This document shows positions 1-3,412 of a DNA stretch of 3,412 nt, in pieces; the first letter of the stretch is position 1, and each line of letters begins with the position of its first letter. The stretch is taken from positions 1-3,412 of IMG/VR virus record IMGVR_UViG_2630968808_000007, one strand, 5' to 3'. This DNA comes from a virus (lineage: Duplodnaviria > Heunggongvirae > Uroviricota > Caudoviricetes). The notes beneath the pieces were generated by a model that was not told the DNA's origin, searched no databases, and was given only the letters and a program-made list of their open reading frames with translations. Both the position numbers and the translations under genes were made by a program.

Positions 1-450
1 TCTGCGTTGCCTGTTGGCGTACCAGTTCCTTGGCCTTCAGCTACGCCGCCGACAGGCTGGCTGAAATGCAACGGGGCTGCTTTTTCGGCTGAAGAATACC
101 CGGAACTGGCAAAGGCTTACCCGACAAATAAATTGCCTGATTTACGCGGTGAATTTATTCGTGGCTGGGATGACGGACGTGGTGTGGATGCCGGGCGACA
201 ATTATTATCTTCACAGGGGGATGCAATAAGAAATATTGAGGGATTCGCAGATGGCGGGATCGGCATGTCTTTTGATGCAATCAGAGGGGCTTTTTACGAT
301 GCAGGAACACGATCAGCGACAATGGCGAATAACACAACTGCTATAGGCAAAACCGATGACCTTGGATTCGACGCCTCTCGTGTCGTGCCAACAGCTAATG
401 AAAACCGTCCACGTAACATCGCCTTTAATTATATTGTGAGGGCTGCATAA
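1..450 (+). CDS. Phage tail fibre protein, C-terminal variable receptor-binding domain (5'-truncated by the window edge; Sv-like half of an invertible segment)
   Basis: The frame is open from position 1 to a TAA at 448-450; the ORF track's M at 7 is a TTG, not a real start. The translation carries tail-fibre C-terminal hallmarks (GWLKCNGAAFSAEEYPELAKAY, LPDLRGEFIRGWDDGRGVDAGR, NENRPRNIAFNYIVRA) as in Mu S / P1 S / P2 H distal domains. The stop overlaps the start of the downstream tfa gene (TAATG). Confidence 0.85.
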   Translation, partial: SALPVGVPVPWPSATPPTGWLKCNGAAFSAEEYPELAKAYPTNKLPDLRGEFIRGWDDGRGVDAGRQLLSSQGDAIRNIEGFADGGIGMSFDAIRGAFYDAGTRSATMANNTTAIGKTDDLGFDASRVVPTANENRPRNIAFNYIVRAA

Positions 451-1043
451 TGAAACCTGTTTTTGATGAAAATGGGCTGGCTACAGTACCGGGTAATATG
501 CGTTGTTTTTATTATGAGGCAGTTACGTATGAATATACTGGCTGGTCTGATGAATATATTAATACTGGCGTAAGTATGCCCGCCTGTTCCACTGGTATTG
601 ACCCGGGCGAATGCATTCCGGGGAAAGTGGCAGTATTTACGGGTAAGGGATGGAGCCATGAAGAAGACCACCGCAATGAGACTGTTTACTCAATCGAAAA
701 TGGCGCAGCTGTTACAGTGGATTATATCGGTGCCATCAAAGACGGTTATGTCACGCTTTCACCGTTAACGCCATACGATAAATGGGATGGTGAGAAATGG
801 GTGACGGATACTGAGGCACAGCATAGTGCCGCAGTAGACGCGGCAGAAGCACAGCGCCAGTCGCTGATTGATGCAGCAATGGCTTCCATTAGTCTGATTC
901 AGCTGAAATTACGGGCCGGACGGAAGTTGACGCAGGCAGAAACAACCAGACTTAACGCTGTGCTGGATTACATTGACGCGGTGACGGCAACAGATACCAG
1001 CACCGCGCCGGATGTCATCTGGCCTGAACTGCCGGAGGCGTAG
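450..1043 (+). CDS. Tail fibre assembly protein (Tfa / Mu U-like chaperone)
   Basis: 197-aa ORF with ATG at 450-452 overlapping the upstream stop by 1 nt and a GAGGG Shine-Dalgarno at 438-442. The C-terminus (LNAVLDYIDAVTATDTSTAPDVIWPELP) is the conserved Tfa C-terminal motif. The position immediately after the fibre variable domain is canonical. Confidence 0.85.
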   Translation: MKPVFDENGLATVPGNMRCFYYEAVTYEYTGWSDEYINTGVSMPACSTGIDPGECIPGKVAVFTGKGWSHEEDHRNETVYSIENGAAVTVDYIGAIKDGYVTLSPLTPYDKWDGEKWVTDTEAQHSAAVDAAEAQRQSLIDAAMASISLIQLKLRAGRKLTQAETTRLNAVLDYIDAVTATDTSTAPDVIWPELPEA

Positions 1044-1455
1044 GCCATTCAATATCTGGTGCACTGGAGGTATCAACCAGCTCCAGTGCATCCAGATAAT
1101 CCAGCCACAAATTATATTGCGCCAGTTCCTCACCTTTCAGGCGACCAATCGCCGCTTTACCAGGCCATTGCTTACTGTTTATGTATTCGTTGACCTGATT
1201 AATCAATTGCTGCTTTTTCAGTTCGGCTGCGGCAATTTGTTCCTCATGAGTTGGCGGTGGAATATCAATCCATGCAGGCATTCCGTCGATGACACCTCTG
1301 TATTTTCCTTCTGGTGCTTCCTTCATAAATTCGGCAGCAACAGTGTCGTCAATTTCGATTCCATCATCGGGCCATTCGCCGGATTCCTGATAAGCGATTT
1401 TAAGCTCCACAGGGAAAAACGCATTTTTATCGGCACTGAAAATATATTTCTGCAT
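1015..1455 (-). CDS. Tail fibre assembly protein, alternative copy (Tfa' / U'-like), convergent with the + strand tfa
   Basis: 146-aa ORF on the minus strand with ATG at 1455-1453. Its C-terminus (LWLDYLDALELVDTSSAPDIEWPTPP) is a paralogous Tfa C-terminal motif, while the N-terminal part diverges from the + strand Tfa. It overlaps that gene tail-to-tail over 1015-1043. Confidence 0.85.
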   Translation of the reverse strand: MQKYIFSADKNAFFPVELKIAYQESGEWPDDGIEIDDTVAAEFMKEAPEGKYRGVIDGMPAWIDIPPPTHEEQIAAAELKKQQLINQVNEYINSKQWPGKAAIGRLKGEELAQYNLWLDYLDALELVDTSSAPDIEWPTPPAVQAR

Positions 1456-1457
1456 TT

Positions 1458-1828
1458 CTACCGTCCTATCGAAATATAACTGAATCTGTATTGCTGTGAG
1501 ATATCACTGGTTGCCACACGCCACGCTGAATTACTGATATGTTCAAAATTTACAGACAAAACCTGCGGGGCAGGATTCGACGGGTCTGACTGAACGGCAT
1601 CAGACATAACACTGACTGAAACCATCGGCTGATTAGGGAATGGTATAGGGAAGTGTCCACTGATAAAGCGGGTTGTGTTTCCTGAAAAAGTGCCAAACTG
1701 AACAATATATCCACCTGGTAGCCTGAACCATCCCGAACCAGAAGCGAATGCTCCCATATCCGGTATCTGATTATCTCCTGTGCCCACATTCCGTTTTGCC
1801 GCTTCTCCCAAACCAATGTTTTTGAGAA
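1458..1828 (-). CDS. Alternative tail fibre C-terminal variable cassette (Sv'-like), promoterless and start-less in this orientation; expressed only after inversion fuses it to the constant fibre N-terminus
   Basis: Open frame on the minus strand ending at the stop at 1460-1458, 2 nt upstream of the tfa' start. It has a Gly/Ser-rich fibre-tip-like composition (GAFASGSGWFRLPGGYIVQFGTFSGNT). The frame runs through the crossover site at 1803-1828, which encodes ILKNIGLGE. The ORF-track extension to 1883 begins with TTG and is unlikely to be a real start. Confidence 0.7.
1803..1828. promoter_or_regulatory. Crossover site (gix/hix/cix/pix-type) for the DNA invertase; right boundary of the invertible segment
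   Basis: TTCTCCCAAACCAATGTTTTTGAGAA is a 12-2-12 imperfect palindrome. It matches the recalled hixL sequence TTCTTGAAAACCAAGGTTTTTGATAA at most positions, including the AAACC / GTTT cores and the central AA. It lies 55 bp upstream of the invertase start and inside the N-terminal end of the silent fibre cassette, as in Mu G and P1 C segments. Confidence 0.7.
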
Positions 1829-1882
1829 TGACCATTCTGCTCACTAGTGGCATGCTTTCTGCTTTTTGCAGGGGATAAAACA

Positions 1883-2443
1883 ATGCTTATTGGTTATGTG
1901 AGAGTGTCAACAAATGACCAGAACACCGCATTACAGAGAAATGCGCTCGATAGCGCAGGATGTGAACTGATTTTTGAAGATAAGATAAGCGGAAAGACCT
2001 CGGAGAGGCCGGGGCTCAAAAAGGTACTCCGTATCTTGTCGGAGGGAGACACGCTGGTGGTCTGGAAACTCGATCGGCTCGGTAGAAGCATGCGGCATCT
2101 TGTCGTTCTGGTGGAGGAGCTGCGAGAGCGGGGCATTAATTTTCGCAGCCTGACCGACAGCATAGACACGTCTACGCCGATGGGCCGATTCTTCTTTCAT
2201 GTTATGGGGGCTTTGGCAGAAATGGAAAGAGAGCTCATTGTTGAACGCACCCGGGCGGGTTTAGCAGCTGCGCGAGCAAAAGGGCGGATCGGCGGTCGCA
2301 GGCCCAAATTAACGGATGAGCAATGGGCGCAGGCAGGGAGATTGATCTCAGCAGGGGAATCTCGCCAGCGTGTGGCAATAATTTACGACGTAGGGGTTTC
2401 AACACTCTACCGAAAATTTCCGGTAGGTAGTGGTAAGACATAA
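1883..2443 (+). CDS. Site-specific DNA invertase, small serine recombinase of the Gin/Cin/Pin/Hin family
   Basis: ATG at 1883 preceded by GGGGA (1871-1875). The N-terminus MLIGYVRVSTNDQNT carries the catalytic Ser, and VVWKLDRLGRS, GINFRSLTDSIDTS, MGRFFFHVMGALAEMERELIVERT and the C-terminal HTH (VAIIYDVGVSTLYRKF) are nearly identical to recalled Gin/Pin sequences. The ORF-track start at 1847 is a GTG and is unlikely. Stop TAA at 2441-2443. The exact family member cannot be assigned from memory. Confidence 0.95.
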   Translation: MLIGYVRVSTNDQNTALQRNALDSAGCELIFEDKISGKTSERPGLKKVLRILSEGDTLVVWKLDRLGRSMRHLVVLVEELRERGINFRSLTDSIDTSTPMGRFFFHVMGALAEMERELIVERTRAGLAAARAKGRIGGRRPKLTDEQWAQAGRLISAGESRQRVAIIYDVGVSTLYRKFPVGSGKT

Positions 2444-2444
2444 T

Positions 2445-2479
2445 GCAGGCCGCCAGTGAATATTGAAGCTGGCAGCCTG
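2445..2479. terminator. Candidate bidirectional intrinsic terminator between convergent invertase and DinI-like genes
   Basis: GC-rich hairpin: arm 2446-2456 (CAGGCCGCCAG) pairs with 2469-2479 (CTGGCAGCCTG), 10 of 11 bp, with a 12-nt loop. It sits in the 43-bp gap between the two stop codons. There is a short T run after it on the + strand and a moderately U-rich stretch after it on the - strand. Confidence 0.4.
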
Positions 2480-2486
2480 AACCATT

Positions 2487-2753
2487 TTACAGCCCAGCTT
2501 GGCGAACCGTCGGGAATTCAGACACCAGCCACATATCGGCCTCTTCAAACATTTCCTCCAGCATTCGATTCAACTTTTCCCGATCGCTTTTGCTGGCATC
2601 ACTATTCAAGCCGTTCGCCTGCATCGGCTTTACCTTCACTTCGGCATCAGGAAAAATCTTGTGCACCCGCTTTGTTAGCTCAGCTAGGATGATCTCTCCG
2701 GCCCCCTGGAGCCCCTCAACATTTCGCTTGTCATAAACCAGTTCAACAAACAT
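2487..2753 (-). CDS. DinI-family protein (SOS-inducible RecA modulator homolog), 88 aa
   Basis: ATG at 2753-2751 with an AGAGGA Shine-Dalgarno 5-6 nt upstream. The translation MFVELVYDK...ELTKRVHKIFPD...MLEEMFEEADMWLVSE aligns with recalled E. coli DinI (MRIEVTIAK...ELSRRIQYAFPD...ILQETWESADDWFVSE). The ORF-track extension to 3104 would run through the promoter and LexA box and is rejected. A LexA box lies in the promoter. Confidence 0.85.
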   Translation of the reverse strand: MFVELVYDKRNVEGLQGAGEIILAELTKRVHKIFPDAEVKVKPMQANGLNSDASKSDREKLNRMLEEMFEEADMWLVSEFPTVRQAGL

Positions 2754-2776
2754 ACCGATCCTCTTAAAAGTGAAAA

Positions 2777-2804
2777 TTGCCTGTGCTTGATCTGTTTTTA
2801 TAAA
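2777..2804 (+). promoter_or_regulatory. Candidate sigma70 promoter for the rightward two-gene operon
   Basis: TTGCCT (2777-2782), a 16-nt spacer, and TATAAA (2799-2804). The LexA box begins 8 bp downstream, where it would block initiation. The assignment is weaker than for the leftward promoter and alternative -10 registers exist. Confidence 0.35.
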
Positions 2805-2831
2805 AATACAACTGTATATGTATACAGTCAA
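2803..2831 (-). promoter_or_regulatory. Candidate sigma70 promoter of the DinI-like gene, with the LexA box in its spacer
   Basis: On the minus strand: -35 TTGACT (plus 2831-2826), a 17-nt spacer, and -10 TATTTT (plus 2808-2803). The LexA box at 2812-2827 fills the spacer and overlaps the -35. Confidence 0.5.
2812..2827. promoter_or_regulatory. LexA operator (SOS box)
   Basis: CTGTATATGTATACAG is a perfect CTGT-N8-ACAG palindrome with an AT-rich centre, matching the consensus TACTGTATATATATACAGTA. It lies in the 99-bp divergent intergenic region between the DinI-like gene and the 2853 operon. Confidence 0.85.
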
Positions 2832-2852
2832 TGAGCGAGTGAGGGTGCGTTT

Positions 2853-3092
2853 ATGCCTCGTCAACCGGATATTCGTGCTGCTTTTATTGCGGCCATACAG
2901 CAAAACCCGAAGGGCTATCTCTGTCTGCATACAGACAAGTTCATCGCTGAACTGCAGGAGAGGCACTGGCATTTCAGCCAGGCGGATGCAAATACATGGA
3001 TCGAGCGATACCAGCCGGACTTCGCCGATAAGACGACAAACGGCAGCGAGAACCGGTACTGGATCCTGCGTAACATGGGGAGGGTTTTCTAA
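2853..3092 (+). CDS. Hypothetical 79-aa protein, first gene of a LexA-controlled operon; function unknown
   Basis: ATG at 2853 with a GAGGG Shine-Dalgarno at 2841-2845 (7-nt spacing). Its stop TAA (3090-3092) overlaps the next gene's ATG (TAATG), indicating translational coupling. I recognise no family; the protein is Trp/His-rich and non-hydrophobic. Confidence 0.6.
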   Translation: MPRQPDIRAAFIAAIQQNPKGYLCLHTDKFIAELQERHWHFSQADANTWIERYQPDFADKTTNGSENRYWILRNMGRVF

Positions 3093-3412
3093 TGGGATTT
3101 CCATCGCCAGCCATGGATTACCAGGAGCAGCGCATGACGATAGATGTTATCTGCGGTGTAGACAACAACTGCCGGGTTATTGAAACTTCATGCGGCTGGG
3201 CCGTTATTAACGTCAGTCTGAAGCCAGAAAGAGGGGATACGTTGCTGGTTAGCATGGATGGGAGAAACCAGTTTGTGAAGCTACTGGGTCAGGCACTGAT
3301 AACGGAAGAGGGTGAGGCGATCGAAGGAGAAGCCTTGAATGATGTTACGGTGCACGGCGTTCTTACACATACGCTTAACCAAGTTAAAGACGATAAATCG
3401 CCTGTAATGTAG
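3092..3412 (+). CDS. UmuD'-like protein (LexA/UmuD S24-peptidase C-domain homolog lacking the N-terminal arm; HumD-like), 106 aa
   Basis: ATG at 3092 with GGAGG at 3079-3083 (8-nt spacing). The N-terminus M-GFPSPAMDYQEQR matches UmuD residues directly after the Cys24-Gly25 cleavage site (GFPSPAADYVEQR, recalled). Further similarity: GDTLLV vs GDLLIV, DGRNQFVKLL vs DGEFTVKKLQ, VTVHGVLTHTL vs LDVFGVVIHVV. The stop TAG falls at 3410-3412, the window end. Confidence 0.75.
   Translation: MGFPSPAMDYQEQRMTIDVICGVDNNCRVIETSCGWAVINVSLKPERGDTLLVSMDGRNQFVKLLGQALITEEGEAIEGEALNDVTVHGVLTHTLNQVKDDKSPVM

Noticed and set aside
455-480. Sequence at the tfa start (ATAATGAAACCTGTTTTTGATGAA) resembling half of the crossover site
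   Set aside because: Only the AAACC and TTTTTGA cores match, the spacing is wrong by 2 bp for a 12-2-12 site, and the left arm does not match. A crossover site at a tfa start would not produce a functional fibre fusion. Likely coincidence.
429-671. 80-aa minus-strand ORF
   Set aside because: Antisense shadow of the fibre/tfa junction with no ribosome-binding site.
1012-1479. 155-aa + strand ORF, and the 74-aa minus-strand ORF at 909-1133
   Set aside because: These are shadow frames antisense to the two tfa genes, which have conserved Tfa C-terminal motifs; their translations have no recognisable features.
1550-1816. 88-aa minus-strand ORF in another frame within the silent fibre cassette
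   Set aside because: It overlaps the longer frame, which has fibre-like composition and is continuous with the crossover site; this is likely a chance ORF.
1847-1882. GTG start at 1847 for the invertase (ORF-track start)
   Set aside because: The ATG at 1883 gives the canonical MLIGYVRVST N-terminus of Gin/Pin/Cin and has a Shine-Dalgarno at 1871-1875; the 12-codon extension has no support.
1829-1883. Extension of the silent fibre cassette ORF past the crossover site, with in-frame ATGs at 1853 and 1835 on the minus strand
   Set aside because: This region is the invertase leader and promoter on the opposite strand. The open frame is most simply explained by absence of stop codons, and a fusion to the upstream fibre constant region after inversion is the established mode. 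A standalone start cannot be excluded but is unsupported.
1894-2441. Three minus-strand ORFs (1894-2169, 1931-2200, 2235-2441) inside the invertase gene
   Set aside because: They are antisense to a near-perfectly conserved serine recombinase and are typical shadow ORFs of a GC-balanced gene.
2471-2496. gix-like fragment (CCTGAACCATTTTACAG) downstream of the invertase
   Set aside because: Partial resemblance to one gix half-site only, with no palindromic partner, and it overlaps the terminator hairpin and the DinI-like stop.
2456-2692. 78-aa + strand ORF
   Set aside because: It lies entirely antisense to the well-supported DinI-like gene, has no Shine-Dalgarno and has a Pro/Ser-rich translation.
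2487-3104. 205-aa minus-strand ORF from the ORF track
   Set aside because: Only the C-terminal 88 codons (2487-2753) are DinI-like and have a proper Shine-Dalgarno and ATG. The upstream 117 codons run through the divergent promoter, the LexA box and the opposite-strand 79-aa gene, and look like a chance open frame.
2818-3183. 121-aa + strand ORF overlapping both genes of the rightward operon
   Set aside because: It starts inside the LexA box, has an Arg/Ser/Thr-rich low-complexity translation typical of an out-of-frame read, and is out of frame with two better-supported genes.
1-3412. Possibility of tRNA, rRNA, CRISPR repeats or an IS element
   Set aside because: No direct repeat arrays, no terminal inverted repeats flanking a transposase-like ORF and no cloverleaf-like conserved tRNA motifs were noticed. 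The serine recombinase is an invertase by context, not a transposon resolvase.

Overview
The window holds two adjacent modules, both typical of a temperate phage or phage-plasmid in an enterobacterium. Positions 1-2443 are the right-hand part of a Gin/Cin/Pin/Hin-type invertible tail-fibre host-range switch: a 5'-truncated tail-fibre C-terminal variable domain (+), a tail-fibre assembly gene (+), a convergent second tail-fibre assembly gene (-), a silent alternative fibre C-terminal cassette (-), a 26-bp crossover site, and the serine invertase (+). The partner crossover site is not in the window. Positions 2445-3412 hold an SOS-regulated module: a DinI-like gene (-) is divergent, across a perfect LexA box, from a translationally coupled two-gene operon (+). 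That operon encodes a 79-aa protein of unknown function and a 106-aa protein whose N-terminus begins, right after the initiator Met, with the GFPSPA..DY.EQR motif that follows the RecA-mediated cleavage site of UmuD. It is therefore a genetically pre-truncated UmuD'-like protein, and it appears to lack the canonical G-D-S-M catalytic motif. The pairing of a DinI-like gene and a UmuD' mimic on one LexA operator is the most interesting feature. No tRNA, rRNA or CRISPR was seen. All homology statements rest on recalled sequences, not searches.
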